The notes below the pieces were generated by a model. The model was not told the origin of the DNA and made no database searches. It worked only from the letters and a program-made list of their open reading frames with translations. The position numbers and the translations under genes were made by a program. Positions 9,887 to 19,341 of a stretch of 64,000 nt of DNA are shown here, in pieces. Each line of letters begins with the position of its first letter. Position 1 is the first letter of the stretch. Origin of the DNA: Leptolyngbyaceae cyanobacterium (GTDB lineage: Bacteria; Cyanobacteriota; Cyanobacteriia; Phormidesmidales; Phormidesmidaceae). The stretch lies in contig CBDHHL010000056.1 in assembly GCA_965263355.1 (NCBI GenBank), forward strand, positions 1,632,001-1,696,000, given 5' to 3'.

Positions 9887-10561
9887 TTACAGCAATCCTT
9901 CAAGCACAGCTCTAACAACTCGATCATCCGAATCCTGTTGCAGCTCAGCTAGCGCAGCTTGGGCTTCTGGCCCGCCAAAATGCCTTAGCGTTCTAGCTGT
10001 ACTTGCCCGAACTAAGCCATGGTTATCTTGAGCGGCTTGCAGGGCAATAACTAATGCCTCGGGAAATTTAGACGTTCCCTTAAGACGTCGTAAATTCACT
10101 AATGCAGCCATTTTGACGGTAATATCATCACCTTGGAAACCCAATAAACAAAGCTTAAAGAGAAGCTCAGGATCGTCTAAATCTTCCAAAGCTGCAAAAA
10201 TGCTTTGGCGTATAAGCCAGTGAGCATTCTCCTCAAAGATTTTTACAAGATGAGGAATAGCCTGGGGACCAAATTTAGCTAGAGAATTAGCAGCCTCGGC
10301 AATAACATTATAGTCAGTTTCATGATCAATAATTTTGAGTAAAACTTCAAAGGCCTCATCATTTCGTTGATAGCCTAGCCCCATAGCCACAAAGGAACGG
10401 ACCAAAAATTTCTCGTCATACATTCGTTGCTTAAGCAATGGTACAACTACGGCAGGTTCATGATGCCGCAACTCAGTGTACAACTACGGCAGGTTCATAG
10501 CCTTCATGCGTAGCTGTGGATTGGGGCTATCCAAAAAGGATTCGATTTGTGGCAAATTCAT
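9887..10561 (-). pseudogene. NblB-like HEAT-repeat protein interrupted by an 18-nt insertion carrying an in-frame TAG
   Basis: ATG at 10561 gives MNLPQIESFLDSPNPQLRMKAM-NLP*LY-TELRHHEPAVVVPLLK in one frame. Stop at 10484-10486; HEAT repeats follow. Confidence 0.75.
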
Positions 10562-10590
10562 AAATTTTTAGGATGGGTGTGCGACTATAG

Positions 10591-10608
10591 TTTACACTTC
10601 TTTACAAA
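10591..10608 (+). promoter_or_regulatory. HLR1-like (RpaB) site upstream of the HEAT gene
   Basis: TTTACACT-TC-TTTACAAA against consensus (G/T)TTACA(T/A)(T/A)-N2-repeat, one mismatch. Confidence 0.55.
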
Positions 10609-10671
10609 ATAGCGCCGTCCATTTAAGGGAAGAATTGTTTATCCGAGTTTTGGTAGGAGAGAGAATTTAGG

Positions 10672-11445
10672 TTAATTACTCAACGGCTGCACATAGGGTA
10701 ATTGGTACCAGGGAACATCCGGATAAGCATGGTGCTCCCAATGATAGCTAAAGTGATAACAAATTAGTAGCGAGCAGATTATCGGGTAGTAGTAACTTCG
10801 TGGTCGATGAGAACCAGTACTTGTATCATCGGAATAATGGGGAAGAAAAATACCAAAGGCAAATAGCTGAATTGAGCTGAGAACCCAAGGCAAAATCCAA
10901 AATAAAACTATGTTTTGGATTGCGACTTGAAAAAGAGCTACTAAAGAGAGTGTTGTTATTCCGATACCAGCTATGACTAATGCCAAGTTTCGAGGTGTCA
11001 GGTAGCTCTCCATAAAGCTGAAGTACCATCGGACAAAATACCAAATCAAATTGCTGCCAGCTTTGGGATAAAAGTCTGGATCCTTTGCTTGGGCTGGATG
11101 CGAGTGATGTTGCCAGTGTAGTTTACGGCAAACTTGATAGGGTAAAAAACCATATAGTCCTAGGGACAATTGACCAATCCAATGATTTTGCACCGGATAC
11201 TTTGGAAGAACATTTCCATGCATTGCATCATGGGTGATAGCAAATAAACCCGTGTGCAAAAATGTTCTTAACAGCAGCCAGAGCGCCAAGACAATGGGTG
11301 AGTAGTTAATCAGATGACATGACAGGGACCAGAGTAAGCTGATTAGCCAGATGATTGCGATCGCACCCGAAATCATCAATCCCATCCAGTTTGATCCCGT
11401 TAGCTGCAGTTGTTTACACAAGTTAATATTCGACATCAAAAACAC
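10672..11445 (-). CDS. crtW: Beta-carotene ketolase CrtW
   Basis: His boxes HTGLFAITHDAMHG, HWQHH and YHWEHH, plus DPDF and QLFAFGIFLPH. Next to carotenoid-binding protein genes. Confidence 0.85.
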   Translation of the reverse strand: MFLMSNINLCKQLQLTGSNWMGLMISGAIAIIWLISLLWSLSCHLINYSPIVLALWLLLRTFLHTGLFAITHDAMHGNVLPKYPVQNHWIGQLSLGLYGFLPYQVCRKLHWQHHSHPAQAKDPDFYPKAGSNLIWYFVRWYFSFMESYLTPRNLALVIAGIGITTLSLVALFQVAIQNIVLFWILPWVLSSIQLFAFGIFLPHYSDDTSTGSHRPRSYYYPIICSLLICYHFSYHWEHHAYPDVPWYQLPYVQPLSN

Positions 11446-11542
11446 TTAACTTTTATTGCGTAAAGTTGCGCTACTAATCGGGCCGCGTAATGGTGTAAAT
11501 GAGTACATATTGCTCCATCGTTCACTTTTTGCTTTCGGCCCC

Positions 11543-11980
11543 ATGCAGTCCGCTCTTTCTTTAGCCCCTCGCTACACCTTGGACGATGAGTCTATCTGGC
11601 TTATCGGCATTGACCCAGTGCGTCGCTACTGGATCAATGTTGGTTGTGAAACTGCTATTACAATCACAATCCCAGGATTGCTAACACCTTCGTTTGAAAT
11701 TTTAAAGGAAGCAATTCAAAGCTTTCGGTCGTTGCCGATCGGTTCAACGTTAACGTTGCCAACGTTTACCCGTAAGCGACTCACGATTCATCATCTAACC
11801 AACAATCTCTATGCTATTCCACACCCAGTAAATGGGTCTCCAGCATGGCACTTGTTTGATCGTGAAACAGTAGAAGCTTTTCTATTAACCGCCCATTCAG
11901 ATTGGCAATGCGCGTCCCAAGACATTGCCCTGGGACGCGATCTCATTGCTCAATCGTGGGAGCAGCCTAGCGCTGCTTAG
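11543..11980 (+). CDS. Hypothetical protein
   Basis: ATG at 11543 (MQSALSLAPRYTLDDES) is in frame with the track ORF. Divergent from crtW and convergent with CTDH. Confidence 0.65.
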   Translation: MQSALSLAPRYTLDDESIWLIGIDPVRRYWINVGCETAITITIPGLLTPSFEILKEAIQSFRSLPIGSTLTLPTFTRKRLTIHHLTNNLYAIPHPVNGSPAWHLFDRETVEAFLLTAHSDWQCASQDIALGRDLIAQSWEQPSAA

Positions 11981-11985
11981 ATCAG

Positions 11986-12408
11986 TTATTCAGGACGCAA
12001 CTTTAGCAATTCCTCTAAAGTCGCCACAAGATTGACACGTACTGACTCAATCTTGCTATCACCTGTCAACATAAAACACCAAGCAACGTTAACCCTAAAG
12101 ACGAGAGATGTGACTTTACCACGTACATCGATTTGGTAACGGCCATCCTCCCTTGAGTGCATTTCAGCACTCAAAAGAGACACAGTCATACCATCTGCTT
12201 CTCTCATCAGATAATTCGCAATTTCGTTTACTCCTATCACTGGAGATTCGAAGGGAGGAAAGAGGCTCCCCTCAGTCGCAAAAAGATCAGCAACCTGCTG
12301 GTACTCACCCAGATTAAACAGATCAAAGTAACAGAGAACAACCCGAGCCTGTTCACCTAATTCGGTAATGGCCGCAAGCTGCTGATCGGCGGTCTGTAGT
12401 GCTGTCAT
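11986..12408 (-). CDS. CTDH, C-terminal domain homolog of orange carotenoid protein (NTF2 fold)
   Basis: VLCYFDLFNLGEY...LFPPFESPVIG...YLMREADGM...GKV...VNVAWCF...LVATLEELL. The carotenoid H-bonding Tyr and Trp equivalents are retained. Alternative ATG at 12435. Confidence 0.85.
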   Translation of the reverse strand: MTALQTADQQLAAITELGEQARVVLCYFDLFNLGEYQQVADLFATEGSLFPPFESPVIGVNEIANYLMREADGMTVSLLSAEMHSREDGRYQIDVRGKVTSLVFRVNVAWCFMLTGDSKIESVRVNLVATLEELLKLRPE

Positions 12409-12418
12409 CTTTACAGGG

Positions 12419-12916
12419 TTAAGCAAAGGGATCATAGCCCATATTAATTACAGCCTTGCGCAAGACAGTGATCTGCTGTCCAAACTCCAACGCAAGAATG
12501 CGACTATACACTTCACTAGCACTGCGGGAAAGTTTGTAAGTGGAGGGTACCTCTATCACATCCCCCGACTTCATCAGCTCAGCTAACTGATACCAGAAGG
12601 CAAGCTTAGTATTGTTAGTAAGAACACCATAGGCACGGGTCATAGGTGTTCTAGCCTGGTTAACTAAGTCCCTCATAAATGTTAGCTGTTCGCTAGGGCT
12701 AAATGTTTTCACCTGCTCTAGGAGTCCTTCGGCAAATTGCAGGCGAGCAGCACCTGTAGCTGCAGGTGTTACTGCACCCCCCATTTCCTTATAGATAAAC
12801 CAAAGGACCCCTAGCTTTTCATCCGTAGACAGGCGGTTAAATGAAGCAACTGCAGCTGAGACCGAGTCAAATAAACTTACGGATTGACTAGAAAAAGTAT
12901 TTGTAGTGAATGTCAT
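12419..12916 (-). CDS. Helical carotenoid protein (HCP, OCP N-terminal domain homolog)
   Basis: LSTDEKLGVLWFIYKEMGGAVTPAATGAA...TRAYGVLTNNTKLAFWYQLA...QQITVLRKAVINMGYDP. Confidence 0.9.
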   Translation of the reverse strand: MTFTTNTFSSQSVSLFDSVSAAVASFNRLSTDEKLGVLWFIYKEMGGAVTPAATGAARLQFAEGLLEQVKTFSPSEQLTFMRDLVNQARTPMTRAYGVLTNNTKLAFWYQLAELMKSGDVIEVPSTYKLSRSASEVYSRILALEFGQQITVLRKAVINMGYDPFA

Positions 12917-13302
12917 GATTGAACAATTCCTTATTTAATGCGTGACAATTTTGAAAATCAGTAGTGTCTTAGCAAGCCCATTGGGGCCATTACACAACTG
13001 CCAGAAAGGCCTTTAGAATCCTCATAAGACCATAAATAGGCACTTAAACTGGCTCTAAAAAACCATGCTGTTCAATGGGGGAGCCAAACTGACATAGCTC
13101 ATCCAACAACAGCTTCAAACACAATGAGAATAGAGTCACTTGTGTTCGCTAGTTGACCATCAGCTTGCTTAGCCAATCTTGTAAAGTCAAACTGCTGCGC
13201 TTGTATGCTCGTCTAACCTAATCAAAAAGTTATTCAGACATAACCCCCAATAGTAACTTAGACAGCAGACTCCATGGAAGCACTCCTTAACTTTCTTTAC
13301 AG

Positions 13303-13320
13303 ATTGTAACGCAATGTAAA
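13303..13320 (-). promoter_or_regulatory. HLR1 element (RpaB binding site) upstream of HCP-CTDH
   Basis: Minus strand TTTACATT-GC-GTTACAAT is a perfect match to the HLR1 consensus. Confidence 0.7.
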
Positions 13321-13478
13321 CGAACTTCGCCACATCCTCGGTGGATTAATCCATAGAAAAAATCTATGATTAGCCAGCCACTACATCTAAGCGATGGCGT
13401 AATAGAAACGGACCTGTTCTACGGCACCATCAGGTTAGAAGGTAATTATGTTACCTATCGCCACTCTGCAATCAAGGG

Positions 13479-15938
13479 TTAGGGCAGTCCAGCTCCAATT
13501 AGGGATAATGCCCGCTTCAGTTGTACTGTCACCTGACCATCATCATCTACATCCAGGATAGCTGTCTCTCCAGCACCAATTTGACCAGCTAACAGAGCTT
13601 CAGCAAGACTATCTTCAGCAAGACGAGTAATCGCCCTTCTTAGGGGACGTGCCCCATAACTTGGGTCATAGCCTTCAACAACAAGTTTGTCCTTAAAAGC
13701 TTCAGTAACTTCGAGCTTAATTTCCTGATCAGCTAAGCGATTAGCCACATCTTGCAGCAAGATATCTGCAATTCGTTTGACCTCAGTACGATTGAGCTGA
13801 TGGAAGACAATAATCTCATCTAAACGATTGAGAAATTCGGGCCGGAAAGAAGACCTTAACGAGTCATTTACCTGCTCACGAGTGCGATTGTATTTGGCCA
13901 TAGCAAGATCTCCATCAAGCAGCTCAAAGCCAATGCCACTACCTTGTTTCTCAATAGCGCGCGAGCCAATATTCGAAGTCATGATAATCAGAGTGTTACT
14001 AAAATTCACCACACGTCCCTGGGAATCAGTCAATCGACCATCCTCCAACAGCTGCAACAACAGATTAAAAACATCAGGGTGGGCTTTTTCAATCTCGTCA
14101 AATAGCACGACTGTGTAGGGCTTACGTCGCACGGCTTCGGTAAGTTGTCCACCATCACCGTAACCGACATATCCTGGAGGAGAACCAATCATCTTAGACA
14201 CTGACTGAGGCTCCATATATTCCGACATATCCAAACGGATAATGGCATCTTCTGATCCAAACACACTCTCGGCTAACGCCTTGGTCAGTTCTGTTTTACC
14301 AACACCAGTTGGACCACAAAAAATAAAGCTAGCAATGGGCCGCTGTGCACTTCTTAAGCCTACCCTTGCCCGTCGAATAGCTTTTGCTACAGCCTTTACT
14401 GCATTGTCTTGTCCAATGATGCGTTGATGTAAAGTTTCTTCTAACTTCATCAGCATGGCAGACTCAGATTTAGTGATCTGGTTGGTAGGAATACCTGTCC
14501 AAGATGCTACTATTTGAGCGATATCTTCCATAGTTACCACAGGACGTATCAATGTAGCCCTATGCTCATTAAAATTCTGCAATTTAGCTTCTAGTTCTAG
14601 TTCCTGCTCCCGTAACTCGCTAGCACGATCAAAGTCCTGCGCTTTTACAGCGGCATCTTTATTCCAGTTAACTTGACGAAGAGACTGTTTGAGTTCTTTA
14701 GCCAGAGACTTTTGAGAATGACGCAGATGCACGCAGGAGCCAGCTTCATCAATTAGATCAATGGCTTTATCTGGCAAATAACGATCAGCGATATAACGAT
14801 CCGATAGTTTTGCCGCGGCCACTAAAGCACTGTCAGAAATTGTCAAATTGTGATGTTGTTCATAACTGACTCGTACTCCTTGCAGAATCTCAATGGTCTC
14901 CTCAACACTAGGTTCATTGACCATAACAGGCTGAAAGCGACGCTCTAGAGCCGCATCTTTCTCAATGTACTTGCGGTACTCGTCAAGGGTGGTAGCACCC
15001 ATGCATTGAAGGTCACCTCGGGCTAACGCAGGCTTGAGCATATTGGCCGCGTCCATTCCACCTTCCATACCGCCTGCACCGACCAGGGTATGGATTTCAT
15101 CAATCAGCAAAATGATGTTGCCAGCCTTATTAACCTCGGCCACAATTTGCTTGAGTCGTTCTTCAAATTCTCCGCGAAATCGAGTGCCCGCCACCAACGA
15201 GTTAATGTCCAAGCTCAACACCCGCTGGTCAAGTAGAATCTCCGGCACATCTTGGTTAACAATCCGTTGAGCTAATCCTTCAGCAATAGCCGTTTTACCA
15301 ACACCAGGTTCACCAATCAACACCGGGTTGTTCTTACTGCGGCGACCGAGAATCTGAACAACACGCTCAATCTCTTGCTGTCGACCAACCACAGGATCAA
15401 TTTTGCCCTCGGCAGCCAGCTGTGTGAGATCCGTGGCAAATTCCTCCAACGCCTTACCTGTAAAACCGCTAGCATCTTGACCACCAGCAGCTGGTACAGA
15501 TAACCGTTCTCCGACTGCTCGAATAGTGGCAATGCGTAGACGGCTTAGGTCTACACCTAAGGTTTGGAGGATTTTTGCAGCAGAACTTTCACTACTGCTG
15601 GTTATGGCAAGTAATAGATGCTCTGGGCCTACATAATTCTGATCTAACTGCTGGGCCTCCTTAACAGACTGCTCCAGAAGTCGCTTAGCATTTGGAGTAA
15701 ACGGTATTTCATCAGTAGTGCGCTTACTTTCGCTTTTGAGGATAGACTCTACGGCTTCTTCTATAACCTGTAGAGTTAGACCTGTTTCCCGCACGATAGG
15801 AGAGACTAGACTATCGCCTTGGGCAATGAGCCCACCCAGTATCAGTTCGGTTCCAACATAATGTTGGCGTAACCGGCTTGCCTGCTGTTGGGCAATCATA
15901 ATGGCCGAGATTGCCTTGTCGTTGAAAAGCTCAAACAT
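13479..15938 (-). CDS. clpC: ATP-dependent Clp protease ATP-binding subunit, divergent ClpC paralog
   Basis: Two Clp-N repeats, NBD1 [11 protein letters not shown] middle domain, NBD2 GPTGVGKT, ClpP-docking GIGF loop. Confidence 0.9.
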   Translation of the reverse strand: MFELFNDKAISAIMIAQQQASRLRQHYVGTELILGGLIAQGDSLVSPIVRETGLTLQVIEEAVESILKSESKRTTDEIPFTPNAKRLLEQSVKEAQQLDQNYVGPEHLLLAITSSSESSAAKILQTLGVDLSRLRIATIRAVGERLSVPAAGGQDASGFTGKALEEFATDLTQLAAEGKIDPVVGRQQEIERVVQILGRRSKNNPVLIGEPGVGKTAIAEGLAQRIVNQDVPEILLDQRVLSLDINSLVAGTRFRGEFEERLKQIVAEVNKAGNIILLIDEIHTLVGAGGMEGGMDAANMLKPALARGDLQCMGATTLDEYRKYIEKDAALERRFQPVMVNEPSVEETIEILQGVRVSYEQHHNLTISDSALVAAAKLSDRYIADRYLPDKAIDLIDEAGSCVHLRHSQKSLAKELKQSLRQVNWNKDAAVKAQDFDRASELREQELELEAKLQNFNEHRATLIRPVVTMEDIAQIVASWTGIPTNQITKSESAMLMKLEETLHQRIIGQDNAVKAVAKAIRRARVGLRSAQRPIASFIFCGPTGVGKTELTKALAESVFGSEDAIIRLDMSEYMEPQSVSKMIGSPPGYVGYGDGGQLTEAVRRKPYTVVLFDEIEKAHPDVFNLLLQLLEDGRLTDSQGRVVNFSNTLIIMTSNIGSRAIEKQGSGIGFELLDGDLAMAKYNRTREQVNDSLRSSFRPEFLNRLDEIIVFHQLNRTEVKRIADILLQDVANRLADQEIKLEVTEAFKDKLVVEGYDPSYGARPLRRAITRLAEDSLAEALLAGQIGAGETAILDVDDDGQVTVQLKRALSLIGAGLP

Positions 15939-16235
15939 AATACAAAATGCTCGATAGTTGATTTACGAGATGGCTTGGATAACTGAGAAAAGGATGATTC
16001 CCTAAAAGGGCTATGGGACCTGCTAGGTGATGATGTTGATGATTCCAACCTACGGGGTTGAGCAGAGAAAGGACTGAAGCGTAGATAAAAGATCGCTTAA
16101 TGCGCTGCGAATAGCATGACCGCCTCATCCATTAACCTATGTAAAGAATTACATTAAAAACTCTAATACAATAATCTTCAGCTTAGGGAGGGAGGAAATC
16201 CGTATAGTCAAGCATTTTTACTGACAAATCAATCA

Positions 16236-16251
16236 GTTCGGCAAGCCGAAG
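16236..16251. promoter_or_regulatory. K-box-like palindrome between divergent clpC and marC-sigma genes
   Basis: GTTCGG-CAAG-CCGAAG against K-box GTTCGG-NNAN-CCNNAC. The core TTCGGC-AA-GCCGAA is a perfect inverted repeat. Confidence 0.5.
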
Positions 16252-16362
16252 AATGTGATTACGGCTTTCCACCCTGCCGCCAATTCTGAGAATTATTTAC
16301 ATTAATTAATAATTAGGCAAATGGAGACGCAATCGGTCATACTCCACGGGGAATTTTCTTAA

Positions 16363-16983
16363 ATGGAACAGCTAATATCTGCAGCAACTGGAACATTTTT
16401 AGCGCTTTTCCCAATTACTGATCCGTTGGGAGCCATTCCAATTTTTCACAGTCTCACAGTTGACAGCACGCCTCAATATCGTGGTCGGCAAGCCCGTCAA
16501 GTCGCTGTGAATGTCATTGCTGTACTGACGGTTGCTCTGGTGTTAGGGCGCTTCGTTTTAGAGTTTTTTGGCATTTCGTTAGGGGTTTTGCAAATTGCCG
16601 GTGGTTTATTGCTGGCTCGCACCGCCTGGACCATGATCTCTGCATCTGAGCAGACCAATCGGTCAGACAGTGTTCAAGAATTACGCCCAGATGATGTCAC
16701 ATTAATCCCTCTAGCCATTCCTTTGATCAGCGGCCCTGGGGCAATTGGCATGGTAATCGGTTTAGCCGCTAAAAGTCCTCACATGGCTGGATATATAGGT
16801 GCTCTACTAGGGATTTTAGGATTAGGTATCCTTTTATATTTATGTCTTACACTGGGAGCCCCATTAGTCAGACTTATGGGCAAAGGCGGTCTTAGGGCAT
16901 TTACTCAGGTCCTTGGATTTCTCATTTTGGCAATTTCTATTCAGCTGATATCGGAGGGCATTTTCTCTCTCATCAGAACTTGA
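16363..16983 (+). CDS. MarC family membrane protein
   Basis: LFPITDPLGAIPIF, FFGISLGVLQIAGGLLL, PLAIPLISGPGAI. Confidence 0.92.
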   Translation: MEQLISAATGTFLALFPITDPLGAIPIFHSLTVDSTPQYRGRQARQVAVNVIAVLTVALVLGRFVLEFFGISLGVLQIAGGLLLARTAWTMISASEQTNRSDSVQELRPDDVTLIPLAIPLISGPGAIGMVIGLAAKSPHMAGYIGALLGILGLGILLYLCLTLGAPLVRLMGKGGLRAFTQVLGFLILAISIQLISEGIFSLIRT

Positions 16984-17072
16984 AGTTGAGAATTTGTCAC
17001 TTTGTATTCCTTAGTCACTCAAGCTAGCTCAATTCAACCATTCAAATCGTCTTTTTTAATCACTTCAAAAAA

Positions 17073-18032
17073 ATGAGCACTGTTCAAAACGATACAGATT
17101 TAGTCCGCACTTACTTGAAAGAGATTGGTCGTGTTCCTTTGCTAACTCCAGAGGAAGAGGTCACTTTGGGCAATGCGGTGCAGGCGATGATGATGATTGA
17201 AGCTACCAAAGCTCGTCTGACAGAATCTTTGGGCCATACGCCTACTTTAGATGTATGGTCTAAGGCCACGAATCTAACGGTTGATGGACTTAAGACTACT
17301 ATCGAGATAGGTCAACAGGCCAAATGTCAAATGGTAGAAGCTAACCTGAGATTAGTGGTCTCTGTTGCCAAAAAATATCTTAAGCGTGACGTTGAGATGC
17401 TGGACCTGATCCAAGAAGGTACAATCGGTTTACAACGAGGGGTGGAAAAGTTTGATCCATCTAAGGGATATCGATTTTCCACCTATGCTTACTGGTGGAT
17501 TCGTCAAGCAATGACACGTGCGATCGCAGAAAAAAGTCGTACTATGCGTTTGCCCATCCATATTCACGAAAAGATCAACAAAATCAAGCAGACTCAGCGC
17601 CAGCTAGCCCAACAGCTTGGCCATTCTGCCACATGTCAAGACGTAGCAGACAAGTTAAGTTTATCCCCCGAGAAAGTGCGTGACTATCTTAGCTACATAC
17701 GTCAGCCACTCTCCCTAGATATGCGTTTAGGGGACAATCAGGATGTAGAACTCGGTAGCTTACTAGAAGATGATGGTCCATCTCCCGAAGATTATGCTGC
17801 GCAAGGCTTATTGAATTCAGATGTGGCCAATATGCTCAAATCTCTGACGCAACAACAACAGGAAGTTATCTCTCTACACTTTGGTCTGAAGGATGGAAAC
17901 AAAATGACATTTACCCAGATTGGCGAGCGTTTAAATGTTAGCCGTGAGCGCGCCCGTCAAATTGAGCGCCAGGCCTTCAAATATCTTCGCCGTGAATACG
18001 GTAATATTCGTAACCACCTAGCAACTGCCTAG
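17073..18032 (+). CDS. Group 2 RpoD-family sigma factor (SigB/RpoD2-like)
   Basis: DLVRTYLKEIGRVPLL, ANLRLVVSVAKKY, DLIQEG, GYRFSTYAYWWIRQ, SRERARQIE. Region 1.1 is absent. Confidence 0.92.
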   Translation: MSTVQNDTDLVRTYLKEIGRVPLLTPEEEVTLGNAVQAMMMIEATKARLTESLGHTPTLDVWSKATNLTVDGLKTTIEIGQQAKCQMVEANLRLVVSVAKKYLKRDVEMLDLIQEGTIGLQRGVEKFDPSKGYRFSTYAYWWIRQAMTRAIAEKSRTMRLPIHIHEKINKIKQTQRQLAQQLGHSATCQDVADKLSLSPEKVRDYLSYIRQPLSLDMRLGDNQDVELGSLLEDDGPSPEDYAAQGLLNSDVANMLKSLTQQQQEVISLHFGLKDGNKMTFTQIGERLNVSRERARQIERQAFKYLRREYGNIRNHLATA

Positions 18033-18051
18033 CTAATTTGGATGACGGCCA

Positions 18052-18354
18052 TCATAGAAGCGCGTTGAGCTGCTGTACTCGGACATCTTTCCGCTGTTGT
18101 AAGATACGTCGATACGTATTGACCAATGATTGTGCTAACTGCCCTTCTACTAAAGCTGCCTCATCGCGGGACGCATAGGGCGACGTCAATAAAGGTTGCA
18201 CATCAGGTTGCAAAAACGTACTGGTTAACTCAGCAAAAAGCTCTTCATCCCAAACTAAGTTTTCCTCATAGGCTTCTGGGGTGACCGTTAAATGGGCCTT
18301 AGCTATACAACGAATCACACTGCGGAGTGGGTAGAAAAGACTTTGGGATGCCAT
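18052..18354 (-). CDS. Hypothetical protein (100 aa)
   Basis: ATG start, coherent ORF convergent with the sigma gene. Confidence 0.6.
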   Translation of the reverse strand: MASQSLFYPLRSVIRCIAKAHLTVTPEAYEENLVWDEELFAELTSTFLQPDVQPLLTSPYASRDEAALVEGQLAQSLVNTYRRILQQRKDVRVQQLNALL

Positions 18355-18521
18355 GGCTAATTCTTGAGGAAATCTAAAGGTAATACTGAATTGTTGTGTA
18401 GTGTACGCCTCTATTTTTTCCTTTGCAAACTTCTTGCTTAAGATGCCCCGGTCATCGCCTGAGTCTTCTAGTTGAGAATACGGTCTCTACACAAAACCCA
18501 TATTTCACCTTAAACAAAAGA

Positions 18522-18550
18522 AAAGCTGGTGAATTAAATTCACCAGCTTT
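18522..18550 (-). terminator. Intrinsic terminator of the 168-aa gene
   Basis: Perfect 14-bp inverted repeat AAAGCTGGTGAATT/AATTCACCAGCTTT, followed by a T-rich tail on the minus strand. Confidence 0.8.
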
Positions 18551-18598
18551 AACGCCATGGGTTTATACAGCCTGCCAAAAAACAGTGGCAGCTAGAAC

Positions 18599-19105
18599 TT
18601 AAGCAGGGTAAACTTGCAGAAGCTTACCAGCAAGGTAACCATAGCCAATGATGGGCTGACTGCACTCATGCTTAACAGGGCCTACCTGAGCCACAGCTGC
18701 AACACCGTAAAGACCAGCAGTTAGACCAGCCTCTTCAGGAGTTCCTTCCCACTTCACTTCGTACTCGAATGTATCTTTTTCAGTGCAGATGACGACTTCT
18801 AAGTCTTGCTCAGCTGCTTTGCGGCCAATACCTTCAAAGGCAAAGTGAACATGCACTTCAGTCCCTAGACACATAAGCAGAGATGTTAAAGGGCTCTTGT
18901 TAAACTTGATGGTCAAGCCAACAGAGAACTTTTCATTGTCAGCAACAATGTAGGGAGACTGAGAAGGTGCAACAGTAACCGGAGGTGCAGGAATGCCAGC
19001 AGTACCAGCAATTGTTAAACCGCCCATTTCAAAAAAAGCGGGGCCAAGAATGTTCTTGGAGTAGGTCTCAGTTGCAGAATATTCAGTCATTGGTTGAGCA
19101 GTCAT
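18599..19105 (-). CDS. Hypothetical beta-rich protein (168 aa)
   Basis: GAGG ribosome-binding site before the ATG, its own terminator, alternating hydrophobic beta-strand pattern. No family recognised. Confidence 0.75.
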   Translation of the reverse strand: MTAQPMTEYSATETYSKNILGPAFFEMGGLTIAGTAGIPAPPVTVAPSQSPYIVADNEKFSVGLTIKFNKSPLTSLLMCLGTEVHVHFAFEGIGRKAAEQDLEVVICTEKDTFEYEVKWEGTPEEAGLTAGLYGVAAVAQVGPVKHECSQPIIGYGYLAGKLLQVYPA

Positions 19106-19208
19106 GTTTTAACCTCAAATGTGTTTTTTATGCTGAGTTACTAATACAATTTCGACACTTTGTTTGAATTTGTATTGTTTTTTCCTCAGCACATTTACAT
19201 AATGTTCT

Positions 19209-19341
19209 TTTATTTTTTTGATGCCATCACCCCGCTGGGTACTCTAAAAAATGGCCAGAATGTTTGAATATAAATCTCTAGCATCTTAGTCTTTAAAGCG
19301 TTGGTAGTTTATTTTTTGATGCCATCACCCTGCTGGGTACT
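19209..19341. repeat. Pair of ~35-bp direct repeats with internal palindromes
   Basis: TTTATTTTTT(T)GATGCCATCACCC(C/T)GCTGGGTACT at 19209-19243 and 19308-19341. Confidence 0.9.

Noticed and set aside
16140..16153. NtcA binding site
   Set aside because: Spacing is GTA-N6-TAC rather than N8.
19209..19341. Possible CRISPR mini-array from the two 35-bp repeats
   Set aside because: Only two repeats, a 64-nt spacer that is too long, T-rich ends and no cas genes.
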